A stretch of DNA of 54,655 nt from positions 1 to 54,655 of IMG/VR virus record IMGVR_UViG_3300014208_000052; one strand, 5' to 3'. Every line of letters starts with the position of its first letter. The stretch's first letter is position 1. This stretch comes from a virus. Its lineage: Duplodnaviria; Caudoviricetes. The notes beneath the pieces were generated by a model that was given only the letters and a program-made list of their open reading frames with translations, was not told the DNA's origin and did no database searches. Positions 10,262-20,150 of the stretch are shown piece by piece. Position numbers and translations under genes: made by a program.

Positions 10262-10583
10262 TGGTCGCTTCGTTGAGTAATTGCTGGATAAGCGGGCGAA
10301 TCTCCGGGCGCGATATGAGTTCGCGCATAATCGCCATCAATTCGTCCTCGGGAACCTGGGGAGTCGTCTCTTGATCCAAGTCGAAGATGCCGGACACTAC
10401 GATGTCCAGTAGCTTGGCTTGTACGCTAGGCGTGTCGGCTGAGTTGTTGTAGAGCTTTTTGTATTCGTCCGCGACACCCTTGAGTCCTTGGAACTTGTTG
10501 ACGAGTTCAAACAGCAAGCCACGTCGGCTTAGGTCGATTTCCTGTTCCAAGATGCTGGCAGCAACGTCGTCGGCGTCGGTCAT
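10251..10583 (-). CDS. Putative terminase small subunit
   Basis: 110 aa helical protein overlapping the terL start; positional call. Confidence 0.45.
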   Translation of the reverse strand: MTDADDVAASILEQEIDLSRRGLLFELVNKFQGLKGVADEYKKLYNNSADTPSVQAKLLDIVVSGIFDLDQETTPQVPEDELMAIMRELISRPEIRPLIQQLLNEATNGS

Positions 10584-10867
10584 AGTGGCGTAATCGTTTC
10601 TATGTCGAGTTCGGTTGTGTGCTTATTGACTCGCAGCGTGCCGACAACATGAATGGCTTTTCCTTCGCCAATCGTTGCCAACACCGTTGCAAGTCCTCCC
10701 ACCGCCACTACATCCAAGTCGCTATCGCCAATCTGTAGTGTGCATCGTGCCATCGGTTCCCTTAGTAGGGGCGAAAACACTACGGCACACTGTCTTGCAA
10801 CGACGCCAACGACCGTGGCCGTGGCGCTTGTGGAAACACCTTTAGGACACGACCAACGCTTATCCAT
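10580..10867 (-). CDS. SSB/PriB-like OB-fold protein
   Basis: VVGxV..., DVVAVGGLAxxLxxIxEGxxIxVxGxLR pattern of SSB-type OB folds; lacks acidic tail. Confidence 0.45.
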   Translation of the reverse strand: MDKRWSCPKGVSTSATATVVGVVARQCAVVFSPLLREPMARCTLQIGDSDLDVVAVGGLATVLATIGEGKAIHVVGTLRVNKHTTELDIETITPL

Positions 10868-11169
10868 CGTTTACCGTCGCACATGGGGCAGTTGTAGGTG
10901 TCCGCGTCACACACACACTCTTGATATGGCATCCCCAGCCGGACATTCGCTATGGCTGCATCCAGTTGGTTCCATATCGGGCCAATCTCTATGTCCGTGC
11001 CGTACTTCTGTGCGGCCATGAACGTCAACTCTTGGCGCAGGGTTTGCAGACGCTTGATCCAGTCATGCAATTCCCTCCGTCCTGCAAACACTTCCGCAAG
11101 CCAGTCTGGAACCGCACAGTTGCAGGCATCGAGTTCTGGCATAACGGTAAAGGACGGGTTGCCCGCCAT
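10780..11169 (-). CDS. Hypothetical Cys-containing protein
   Basis: 129 aa; MPYxxCxC...CPMCDGKRWI. Confidence 0.5.
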   Translation of the reverse strand: MAGNPSFTVMPELDACNCAVPDWLAEVFAGRRELHDWIKRLQTLRQELTFMAAQKYGTDIEIGPIWNQLDAAIANVRLGMPYQECVCDADTYNCPMCDGKRWISVGRVLKVFPQAPRPRSLASLQDSVP

Positions 11170-11202
11170 ATTTCAGACGGGCAACCCTCCGTAGTTCACA
11201 CA

Positions 11203-11739
11203 CTAGCTAGCCGGGTCGGACGGCTTCAAGCCGCCGCAAACGTGGATGCTGGCATAACCGGAAGTGGTCGTGCCATCAGCTTCGTTGGCAACCCCGATGA
11301 CGTAGCTGCCGGCCGTCGCCTGCGCCACAGTGTCACTGGCATGTGCCATGATGGCATCGTCGGCGTCCAAGTCTGTTTCCGCCTTAGCCACCACATCACC
11401 TTCCTCAACGACGTAAAAAATGTCGTATTGGGTGATGTCTTTGGTGGCGTATTCGTCGTCGATGACAGACGAAACCTCCCCCGTGCTGTTGCACAAGGCG
11501 TCCACGTTTTTGCCGATTTTCCCCGACGTGTAGCTGACGGTCTTTCCGCCCACATCCGTCAATGCGGCGTCGGCACGAACACATCGCAGTTTGAGCAATT
11601 CACCATTCGAGTCGGTGGTCTGAAAGACCTTGCCGAGTAAATGTTCTGCGGTGGAGGAGGTCATTGTGACCAAGCCGCCATCGCTGTAGGTGTTGCCGCG
11701 CTCGAACGGCAATCCAAGGTCAGAAGAAGCCATAGTCAT
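11203..11739 (-). CDS. Capsid cement/decoration protein
   Basis: Directly after major capsid gene; GAAAGGA SD; RecA-like-free beta 'IGVANEA' C-terminal pattern of DUF2190-like cement proteins. Confidence 0.6.
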   Translation of the reverse strand: MTMASSDLGLPFERGNTYSDGGLVTMTSSTAEHLLGKVFQTTDSNGELLKLRCVRADAALTDVGGKTVSYTSGKIGKNVDALCNSTGEVSSVIDDEYATKDITQYDIFYVVEEGDVVAKAETDLDADDAIMAHASDTVAQATAGSYVIGVANEADGTTTSGYASIHVCGGLKPSDPAS

Positions 11740-11788
11740 ATCCTTTCAAGTCTCGTTGTTGGTTGTAGTAACACGCACACGCAGGGCA

Positions 11789-12874
11789 TTACGTGCCGGG
11801 CGTGGTGATGGCGTACAGCTTGCCGAGCGCAGACGGCATCCGGTAAATCCACTGACTGTAGCTGTCGAGGGCGATCAGGTCTTGCGACGTACTGATGTCC
11901 GCGTCCGTTTCCGTGTGGATCAACTGGCCCTGCATCGACCAGAGTTCGATCTTGTCGAAGGTGATGGCGTAGGCGGTATCCGCTGGCACGCCATACTCGG
12001 CCTCAAACTTCGTGCCGTTGTAGGACAGTCCATCGGGACCGATGTTGATTTCCGACTTGTTCTCAGTCACTTCGAGCTTCTGAATGCTCTTGAGGCTGTC
12101 GCGGGCAATCCGCATGAGTTCGGCATTCATCAGCAACACGTCCGGAGCTTGCTTGTTCAAGATGCCCTGGTAGGTGAGCAGATAGTTGCACGCCTCTTGC
12201 CAGTTGTCCGTCCACTTGTTGGTGCCGGTGCCGAACAGTTCGTTCGCCCAGTCCACCACAATCGGGCTCCAAGCGTGGTACTCGGTGCTGCCCTCTCCGG
12301 TCGGCCACAGATCGGTCGTGGACCACGATCCGCCGTAGTAGCCGAGATTCGTATACAGTTGAGCATACAAATCGTTCGGATCGCCAACCGGCACGCCCGA
12401 GATGGTGCTGTTGACGGCGAAGATCGACTCCAGGCCGTGCCAACCCTTGTTGCCCGACGCATTGCCGTCGTTGTACATCTCGTCGCACAACGTCTCGACA
12501 AACTCCTCAGTCAACTGATTGGTCTTATCTTCGACCTTCTTGAAGAACGCGCCCTCGCCGCTGGTCGCCAAGCGGTCGAACTTGTTGACCGACTCCGAGT
12601 GGCCGTAGGCACGCCACGGCAACTTGGCAATCCGTTCGCGGTTGACGGACGGGAAGCTGAACGCGGTCGGGTTCACGTCCATCGCCGTAGCCGAACGGCG
12701 CTTGAACGTCGGCCGCCACTCGATCTGTTCGCCGTGTTTGTCCATTGTCCAGCGCCCACGCTTCTCCGACTCGCGGAGCAAGTAGCGTTTGCGCAGCATT
12801 GGCCCGATCTTTTCCCTGATATACGCATTCAGGGCGCGGGCCGTCACGATGGGACTTGCGTCGATATGTGCCAT
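11789..12874 (-). CDS. Major capsid protein (HK97 fold, inferred)
   Basis: 361 aa between scaffold and cement genes; MYNDG...GWHGL, PDVLLMN motifs; strongest codon bias in the window. Confidence 0.8.
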   Translation of the reverse strand: MAHIDASPIVTARALNAYIREKIGPMLRKRYLLRESEKRGRWTMDKHGEQIEWRPTFKRRSATAMDVNPTAFSFPSVNRERIAKLPWRAYGHSESVNKFDRLATSGEGAFFKKVEDKTNQLTEEFVETLCDEMYNDGNASGNKGWHGLESIFAVNSTISGVPVGDPNDLYAQLYTNLGYYGGSWSTTDLWPTGEGSTEYHAWSPIVVDWANELFGTGTNKWTDNWQEACNYLLTYQGILNKQAPDVLLMNAELMRIARDSLKSIQKLEVTENKSEINIGPDGLSYNGTKFEAEYGVPADTAYAITFDKIELWSMQGQLIHTETDADISTSQDLIALDSYSQWIYRMPSALGKLYAITTPGT

Positions 12875-13066
12875 GTTAGGTGGCTCCTCTGCTTAGATTC
12901 GTTGTTGGTTACACGCTTGGAGGTTGGAGGACCACATGGAGGTGGAGGTTGTTTTGTTTTGTTTCTAGAGGAAGTAAAGAAGTGGCCGCCGGGTCCGCGA
13001 GGGAGTGACCGGCGACTCACTTCCGCACACCGAAACCGCCTCCAGAATCGGTTTCAGTCTGCTTGT

Positions 13067-14074
13067 TCACGCTGTCTGCTTCTTCTTCCACTCCTCGGTG
13101 AGGAAGTCCGCTAAGCCCTTGCCCTGGCCGCCCTCAGCTTTCGACCGAAATAACAGGTCGAGCGATGGCGGCTCTTTGGCCGGGGCGGCAACTGCCGGTT
13201 GCCTATGTCCACCCACTACGGGCTTGCGGATCGGCTTAATCGTGTTGTTCTGTGTCTTTTGGGTGTTGCGAATCGCTTTCTCAAGGGCACGGGCAGGCTT
13301 CACGCCGTCTGCCAACTCCTCTTGGTAAACTCGGAACGCTTCTTCTCCTGCCGGCGTCAACGGTTTGGTTGTGTCGCCGTCTACGTGCAGCCATTCGCGG
13401 TGCTTGTCCACCATCTGCTGAATGGTGCTTTGTTCCGTCTGTGCCCCGAGTCGCTGATCGAGCAACGCGGACACCTTCTCAATCACCTTCTCCATCACAG
13501 GCTCTAGTGCCTGCTCTCTGTGCGAAGCTAGCTCGAACACCCGCTGGGTGATGGTCGATTGCGCGTCCGCAAACTTCTGCTTGACCGATTCGCTGGCGTT
13601 GGGACTGGCCGCTTGTGCCGCCAGTAGTTGGTACTGTTCCCAACTTGCCACATCGCCGTCGCTTGGTTTGGCCGCTGGCTTCTGCTTTTCGCCGCCTTGC
13701 GATGCCAGCCATGCCTTAAACTCCGCTTCTTTGCCTGCCAATAGTTGACGGGCCTGCTTGCCGTACTCGGCGTCCTCATTGCGAGCGCCAATCGCTCTGG
13801 ACGCTTCCACCAAACCCTTGACGGCTTCGTAGTCGCTGGTGTACTTCGATGGGTCGTACCCAAAGTCCGATTTCAGCAACTCACGAAACGGGCCATCTTC
13901 GGACGCATCCTCGGTTTCCGTTTCCGTCGCTGCTTTGGCTGGTGCGGGGGTTTCCGTCTCCGTTGCAGTCGTCTCAGCTACGGTTGCGGTCGTTTCCGGT
14001 GCTGGCGTTTCGGTTGGTTTGTCGGTGGAGGTTTCGGTTGATACGGGGGTCGAGAGTTCTTGTAGGGAGGCCAC
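13067..14074 (-). CDS. Capsid scaffolding protein
   Basis: Acidic T/E/P-rich N-terminus, helical core, upstream of capsid gene. Confidence 0.65.
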   Translation of the reverse strand: MASLQELSTPVSTETSTDKPTETPAPETTATVAETTATETETPAPAKAATETETEDASEDGPFRELLKSDFGYDPSKYTSDYEAVKGLVEASRAIGARNEDAEYGKQARQLLAGKEAEFKAWLASQGGEKQKPAAKPSDGDVASWEQYQLLAAQAASPNASESVKQKFADAQSTITQRVFELASHREQALEPVMEKVIEKVSALLDQRLGAQTEQSTIQQMVDKHREWLHVDGDTTKPLTPAGEEAFRVYQEELADGVKPARALEKAIRNTQKTQNNTIKPIRKPVVGGHRQPAVAAPAKEPPSLDLLFRSKAEGGQGKGLADFLTEEWKKKQTA

Positions 14075-14169
14075 TAGATAGCTCCAGAGGTAACGGTTGC
14101 GCAGTGCGGTTGTGCGTTGTCAACGGGCGTCATGTCTGGAGCATTGGCCCATAGAAAACAGCTACCCCG

Positions 14170-14196
14170 AGTGTACCGACAAAATAAAACCGTCAA
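14170..14196 (-). promoter_or_regulatory. Putative promoter for head-tail operon
   Basis: TTGACG-N15-TACACT in the divergent intergenic region. Confidence 0.45.
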
Positions 14197-14224
14197 GACT
14201 TGGGGTATCGAGGGTGGCCAGCCC

Positions 14225-14251
14225 TTGACAAGAAATAAATGCTGGTAGACT
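14225..14251 (+). promoter_or_regulatory. Putative promoter for plus-strand genes
   Basis: TTGACA-N15-TAGACT with TG at extended -10 position. Confidence 0.5.
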
Positions 14252-14299
14252 GAACTGCGATAGATTCTCTTGACGCCCGACACGCTTTGGAGGCCGACA

Positions 14300-16618
14300 A
14301 TGACGCCCTACTACCGCAAAACGCGCAATGTTTCCCCGTTTGTTCAAGTCGGTAGCAATAGCGTCGGAGTCGGCATTGGTGCCAACGGCGTTGCGGCTCC
14401 AAGCGGACTTCCTCCGTTCAACCGTGACTACACTCCAGAAGAACAGATGGGCCTACAGCGTTTGGGGCAGGACTACACCAACATCCACAACCAAAACGTG
14501 GCCAGTCGAGTCTACGCAAGCCAACCAATGGGCGGCGGTGGCGTTGATCCGTGGGGCGTTGGCTCTACTCGTCAAACGGACGCCGACGTAGAAGCAGCGG
14601 GGCGCGATCAGGGGATGCGTGACTTTGTGGCCAACACGGGCAATGACGTTGCCCAGCGACAGGCGGCTGGTGCTGGTATTTGGGGAGTGCCTACGACTGC
14701 CGCACTGCAAGAGCAAGGTCGAGCAAGCGGGAATGCTATGGCCGACCAGATTCTTCGCAAGCCATCGGCATGGTACGAGCGGAACAACGAATTGCCTGCA
14801 AATGGATTTCAGCCGACTACTGGTGGTGTCGTTGGACATGATAGCATGGGCAATGTGATGGCGATACCCGCTGCACAACCAGCGGCCACCTCCCCTTTCG
14901 CTATGGCTGCACCAGGCTACAACTACGCCAACCTACGGCGCATGGAAAAGCAAGACGCCGGCACATTGCCGTCTCGAAATCCTGCCAGTACCACTCGCAG
15001 TCTGGGACAGCTACAAACGGCTCTGCAAGCTGGCATGGCCATGCCAAACGCTTCTCAACCGGGGCGTATTGATTGGCTGAGCCAGCCCGAACAGGCTAGC
15101 CGTCTTGCCGCCCACATGAATTGGCAACCGTCCAATCAAGCCGCCCGCGAAGCCGCCGTTACTTCCGCTGCCGCCAATAAGGCTGCCATGCGCACGGCAC
15201 GCATGAGTGGGGCGAGTCCGTTTCAAGCGTATCTACTCAACCAACAGGGCGGTGGTGGCGAGATGAATCCGATGGCGGCAGAAATGGCGGGCCTTGATCC
15301 GCAAACCCGTGCGCTGTTGGCTCAGACTCAGAACCTCACGGCACAACAGAAGCACGCGATGGCGATGAATGAGGCAACTAACGCTGCTAGAGTAAAAGAA
15401 GCAGAAATACACGGTCAGGCGTTGGTTAAATCCGCCGAAGCAGGGCGTTCTAATCAGGACGCGGACGTAAACTTGAAATATGAATTACTGTACCAGCAGC
15501 AACTAGCCAAACGGAAAACAGATAGAGCGGCTGCGTCGGACAAGGTGGTCTTTGATGACGCGAATCCAATGCCGCAGCGAATGGGGAGGCCCACAACGGC
15601 AAGTGCGCAGACACCAAGCGTTGCTCCTTCAACGGCAGTGCCGACGGCTGGGACAAGTGGTCAGCCGTCAACCAATACCGTCCAATCGCCGGTCGCCGGC
15701 AATGCACCCGCTGGATACGAGCGTGGCCCGGATGGTGGATTAAAGCCGGTAGCAAATCCGTGGCTGAAGGGACTGGGGTACGCGACGGGAGCAGCAGTTG
15801 GCATTCCTGCGACCTTGGCTTCACTCGCTTGGGGTTTGCCAGCGTATGGTGCGGGCATGAAGAAAATAGGAAAGAAGTTTGGCAGTTGGGGGAAAACCGC
15901 TGCCCCTGCACCGCCCGCATCCCCGTTTGTCGCGCCGGGCAATGTGCCGGTTGGCCCTGGGCCGAGCGTTGTGGGAGCTAAGGTGGCCTCGAAGGCTGCT
16001 ACCGCCACCACAACTGCCGATACGCCGGGGGCCGGTTCCGTGCCGTCATGGTCGGCGGATACGTTGGATGCAGCAGCAAACAACGCGAAAGTCCAAGCGG
16101 AGCGGCAAGCAACTGCAAGAGCGTCTGCGGCGGCGGGCAAAGGCACCAACATCCCTAGAGGTCAGAGTCGTGCCGGTTCCCTGAACATCGAAAACATTAC
16201 CGGCCCGTATGAATCGGGACTACCTCCCGCCGGGCGACTTGGCCGGTTGGTGGGGGCGGGTGGTGCGGCGATCATGGCTGCCGATGCCGCTCGGCTAGGA
16301 ATTGACACCGCCACGAAGATTGCGGAAGGACGGCACGACAAGGCGATGCTCCAAGGCAATCCAGCGGTTGCCGCCCCCGAGTTTGGTATGTCGATTCCCG
16401 AGTACACGGACTTCTTCAATCGGTATACGCAGCAAGAGCAACTCAAGATTCGGCAAGCCGCCCGCGAAAAGGGCGTTTCTGTCAAGGATATGGCTGACGC
16501 ATACGACGCTCAGAAACAATCGGACAATCTGTTTCGACTTATGCCCAACTCGAAACCTGTGCCAAGCTATCAGCAATCCGCAGGTTGGTATCCTCAAGGC
16601 TACACCCCCAGCTTCTAG
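14300..16618 (+). CDS. Large Ala/Gly/Gln-rich protein, putative internal virion (ejection) protein
   Basis: GGAGG SD before ATG 14300; low-complexity, one hydrophobic segment (LGYATGAAVGIPATLASLAWGL). Confidence 0.6.
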   Translation: MTPYYRKTRNVSPFVQVGSNSVGVGIGANGVAAPSGLPPFNRDYTPEEQMGLQRLGQDYTNIHNQNVASRVYASQPMGGGGVDPWGVGSTRQTDADVEAAGRDQGMRDFVANTGNDVAQRQAAGAGIWGVPTTAALQEQGRASGNAMADQILRKPSAWYERNNELPANGFQPTTGGVVGHDSMGNVMAIPAAQPAATSPFAMAAPGYNYANLRRMEKQDAGTLPSRNPASTTRSLGQLQTALQAGMAMPNASQPGRIDWLSQPEQASRLAAHMNWQPSNQAAREAAVTSAAANKAAMRTARMSGASPFQAYLLNQQGGGGEMNPMAAEMAGLDPQTRALLAQTQNLTAQQKHAMAMNEATNAARVKEAEIHGQALVKSAEAGRSNQDADVNLKYELLYQQQLAKRKTDRAAASDKVVFDDANPMPQRMGRPTTASAQTPSVAPSTAVPTAGTSGQPSTNTVQSPVAGNAPAGYERGPDGGLKPVANPWLKGLGYATGAAVGIPATLASLAWGLPAYGAGMKKIGKKFGSWGKTAAPAPPASPFVAPGNVPVGPGPSVVGAKVASKAATATTTADTPGAGSVPSWSADTLDAAANNAKVQAERQATARASAAAGKGTNIPRGQSRAGSLNIENITGPYESGLPPAGRLGRLVGAGGAAIMAADAARLGIDTATKIAEGRHDKAMLQGNPAVAAPEFGMSIPEYTDFFNRYTQQEQLKIRQAAREKGVSVKDMADAYDAQKQSDNLFRLMPNSKPVPSYQQSAGWYPQGYTPSF

Positions 16619-16631
16619 GCCACCATAGCCC

Positions 16632-19600
16632 ATGCGCCAAAGTCTACGCCAAGAGCTTGGTCTTACCGATCCACTGTCTCTGGAGCTGCCCGACGTTTCG
16701 TTGGAGCAACAGTTGGCCGGTGGCGATGCGCCACTCACTCCCGAAGAAGAACAATCGCTACTCGGTCGCTTGGCGGGCGGGGCCGAGTACATTGGCGAAT
16801 CTATCGAGAAGCCGGGCTATGCCGTGCGCGGTCTGTTGACGGGCAAACCTGATGCCCTTCTGAATCTCATTCCCTTCTACGACACGGTGCAACAGTCGGG
16901 AGTTGGTCAATCGCTGGGTATGCCGGAAGCTCCCAAAGTATCGGGATGGGACTTGGCGGAAGCATACGGGGCGGGGCCGAATGAACCTGGGTTCGATGCC
17001 GGCGACATCCCTAAGTGGGGCTTAGAGCTACTGACCAATCCGCTGACGTTTGCATCGGCATTGCCAAAGGTTGGTGTGAAGGCTGGCCTAGAAGCTGCCA
17101 AGTTGGCCGGTGAAGCTGGCAAGGCTGCGTCGATGGGCGAGAAGATCGGTTCGGCAGTCGAAGGAATTACGCGGGGCGTCAAGCCGCTGACACAGACACC
17201 TACGGTCATTGCCGATCAGATACGTGCCGGCGAGCGGGCGGTCGCGGGGTTTGGACTGCCATTCATGGAGCCAGCCGTGACGTTTGGCCAGGGTTCCGAG
17301 CGTGCCGCCAAGGCCATCGAGGCAATCGGCTACAGCAAGCCCGTGGCGTTCGCCCGTGGCATGTTCTCGCATGTGCCTGGCGTCGGGGGCATGTTCGACC
17401 CGACGTACCAGCGAATGGCGGATAAGGCGTGGGTGGAAGCGGAGGGCAAGATCGGTGCCCTCATGGATGCCAAGCCAGTATTTGACCAGGGCATGAAAGC
17501 GTTTGACGACGCGGCTACTTCGGCTGCCGAAGCCCTTGGCAAGCAGGGTGACGCTGAGGTCATGGCACAACTACGTGACCTCCCCCGCGTACTCAAGTCG
17601 ATCCCCAACGAGATTGGCGGCGTGCCCGATCCAGAAGGAATCGCTCGTCGCATGGGTGACATACTAGGGGCGGCTAGTGACAAGCCGCTGCCCGAGGCCC
17701 TGCAACACATCGCCAATGCGGGCGACCACTTCACGGCATTGTTTGACGGGATGCAAAAGGCCGAGGACAGCTTGCACGCTCTGGCCGTTAAGTACGGTGC
17801 CAAGATCGGCACGTTAGATGACCCCACGGAACGGCATACATTCCGCTGGATGAATGACGTAGCGAACAAGGCGGGTGTATCCCAAAAGGGTAAGACTGTA
17901 CCCCTGACGGGCTTGGAGTCAAGTTACCGGCCCGAGACGCGACGGGCGTGGTTGCGACTCTATCCTCAATCGACTCGGTACGTCAACGAAATCGTCCGCA
18001 ATCAGGACTTTACGGGGCGGATACTTCAAGACACGGGTGAAGTCGTCCAACTGTCTGCCAAAGATCATGCTGCCACGCTGGCAAAGGTATTGGAAGGCAT
18101 GGGCGTGGCCGTGCCCGAGAAGGCGTCTAGGATCGAGCTACAGCGACTCTACCTACAGCAGAAGCTCGAACCCATACTAGACGACTCCGTGCGTTCTGGG
18201 TTGCTTGATGAGGGTAAGCGAAGCGAATGGTGGAATAAGCTGTTCGGTAAGAAAGTGGTGGAAACTACGGGGCCGGAAACGTCTACCGTGACCCGTGGCG
18301 TCAATCGTGCCCCGTTGCCCAGCGAGATTGCCCGCGACTCGATGGGTGCAATCCCCATAGACTCGGCCGCCGCTGCCAAACTAGGGCGTGTCACGCAAGG
18401 GAAGTTTGGCACGTTGGGCGTGGACGACATTATCGGCGGGATAATGAAGCTGCCCAAGGAAACCGTCAATACGGGCGTGTGGGATAAAAACGTCGTGCAG
18501 GAGTTCTTCAATTACTCCAACTACTTGGTGGAGAAAATCTACAACGCCCGCACGATGCACAACTTCCTATCGCAGCCGGGGGTAGTCGAGGAAGCCGCCA
18601 CCGCGACCAGGGCCGGCACTCCACTATTGAAGGCATGGCGGCATACCGGGCTAAGCGACAAGGGGCTAGAGAACCTCGTCGGCACGATTGCCAAAGGCAT
18701 ACCCGAAGGCGAAGATGCCCTAAAGCTAGCCAGCAAGTATCAGATTACCGACGATGGCGTTCGCGTGCTGAACACGTTTCGGCAATTACAACAGCCGGAA
18801 ACTGTTGGCAAACTGGGGCAAATGTGGGACAACACGCAGAAGTACATCAAGTCCTACTTGACGATACCCCGCTTCTCGTTTCACGCACGCAACTTGGCCA
18901 GCGGAACGTATCAGAACATCGCGGACGGCATGGTGGGGCCGCTCGACCTGTTCCGAGAGATTGGCAACGCATTTAAGCAGGCACATACCGGCAAGCAGCA
19001 TCTACAATTTCTCGATGAGTTTGTCAGCAGTGGCGGATTGACCAGCGGCGTGATGAAGGACATCGACGCCCTGCGTGCCGCCAACCAAGCCGTGCCAAGC
19101 GGGCTGTTCGGCGGTGCCGAGAAGCCGCTGATGAATGCCCTGTTCCATCCGGTACAGACGTTCAAGGAAGGCGGGTTCAATCCGTTCAACCTTGGCTCCG
19201 ATGTCAAAAAGGCCAATGTGGCGTTAGAGTCGGGCGGCAAGCTGTACGGTCTGGTCGAGTACGTCAACCGTGCATCGTACTACGAGGCGTTGCGCAAGGC
19301 GGGACACTCGCCAAGTGAGGCGCTCCATTACGTCAATAGGTCGCAGTTCAACTACTCGAAATCCAGCCCGTGGGAACGATCTGTAGCTAAGAAGTTAGTT
19401 CCTTTTTATTCCTGGGTGAGAAACAACCTACCCCTACAACTAACTCGCATTGTCGAGCGGCCGTTAGGTGGCGTAACGGGCGTGACGCTCAAGGCCACCA
19501 AAGACCTATCGAGCGGCGATTCTGAGTTTACCCCCGATTTCCTCCGCGAAGGGCTGGGAATCAAGCTGCCGGGTGGAACACCGCAAGCCACGGCGTTTCT

Positions 19601-20150
19601 TAAACAGGCCGGGTTGCCCATCGAGGACTTGAATCGTGTGGTGTTCCGTGACGGCCTGCCCGATCCAGTGCGAACGGCACAGAAAACGATGGCGATGATG
19701 TCGCCGCTTCTGTTGGCACCAATCGAGGGCGCGACCAACACGCAGATGTACACGGGGCGTAAGCTGTCCGATCTGCAAAGCGTAACGGGCATCCCGACGC
19801 TCGATTCGATCATCCACTACTCGCCCGCGTCGGCTCTTGCCAGCGAAGCGTACAGTGCCATTGACCCGCGTAAGTCATGGGATCAACGGTTATTAAACGC
19901 CATGACTGGCCTCAAGGTTGGCACCTACGACGCCGAGAAGATGAAGCTACGGGCGTTGCAGCAGGCCCAACAAGAGGTGCTGACAGACAACCCGAAGATT
20001 GGCGAGATGTCGCTGCCGTATATCAAGCCCCAGTACAAGGGTCAGGAGGGGTCAGCGGACACTGAGGCTCAAATGAAAGTTCTGAATCGCCTGAACCGAT
20101 CCCTGCGATCACTGAAAAAGCGCCGGGAGTCGGCCGGACTAACGACTTAA
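16632..20150 (+). CDS. Large putative internal virion/DNA ejection protein
   Basis: 1172 aa; FHARN, QFNYS..WERSVAKKLVPFYSWVRNNLP and NTQMYTGR motifs typical of phage large polyvalent/ejection proteins. Confidence 0.65.
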   Translation: MRQSLRQELGLTDPLSLELPDVSLEQQLAGGDAPLTPEEEQSLLGRLAGGAEYIGESIEKPGYAVRGLLTGKPDALLNLIPFYDTVQQSGVGQSLGMPEAPKVSGWDLAEAYGAGPNEPGFDAGDIPKWGLELLTNPLTFASALPKVGVKAGLEAAKLAGEAGKAASMGEKIGSAVEGITRGVKPLTQTPTVIADQIRAGERAVAGFGLPFMEPAVTFGQGSERAAKAIEAIGYSKPVAFARGMFSHVPGVGGMFDPTYQRMADKAWVEAEGKIGALMDAKPVFDQGMKAFDDAATSAAEALGKQGDAEVMAQLRDLPRVLKSIPNEIGGVPDPEGIARRMGDILGAASDKPLPEALQHIANAGDHFTALFDGMQKAEDSLHALAVKYGAKIGTLDDPTERHTFRWMNDVANKAGVSQKGKTVPLTGLESSYRPETRRAWLRLYPQSTRYVNEIVRNQDFTGRILQDTGEVVQLSAKDHAATLAKVLEGMGVAVPEKASRIELQRLYLQQKLEPILDDSVRSGLLDEGKRSEWWNKLFGKKVVETTGPETSTVTRGVNRAPLPSEIARDSMGAIPIDSAAAAKLGRVTQGKFGTLGVDDIIGGIMKLPKETVNTGVWDKNVVQEFFNYSNYLVEKIYNARTMHNFLSQPGVVEEAATATRAGTPLLKAWRHTGLSDKGLENLVGTIAKGIPEGEDALKLASKYQITDDGVRVLNTFRQLQQPETVGKLGQMWDNTQKYIKSYLTIPRFSFHARNLASGTYQNIADGMVGPLDLFREIGNAFKQAHTGKQHLQFLDEFVSSGGLTSGVMKDIDALRAANQAVPSGLFGGAEKPLMNALFHPVQTFKEGGFNPFNLGSDVKKANVALESGGKLYGLVEYVNRASYYEALRKAGHSPSEALHYVNRSQFNYSKSSPWERSVAKKLVPFYSWVRNNLPLQLTRIVERPLGGVTGVTLKATKDLSSGDSEFTPDFLREGLGIKLPGGTPQATAFLKQAGLPIEDLNRVVFRDGLPDPVRTAQKTMAMMSPLLLAPIEGATNTQMYTGRKLSDLQSVTGIPTLDSIIHYSPASALASEAYSAIDPRKSWDQRLLNAMTGLKVGTYDAEKMKLRALQQAQQEVLTDNPKIGEMSLPYIKPQYKGQEGSADTEAQMKVLNRLNRSLRSLKKRRESAGLTT

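Noticed and set aside
11690-13114. 474-aa plus-strand ORF
   Set aside because: Antisense shadow of the strongly codon-biased capsid gene; no SD or recognisable motifs
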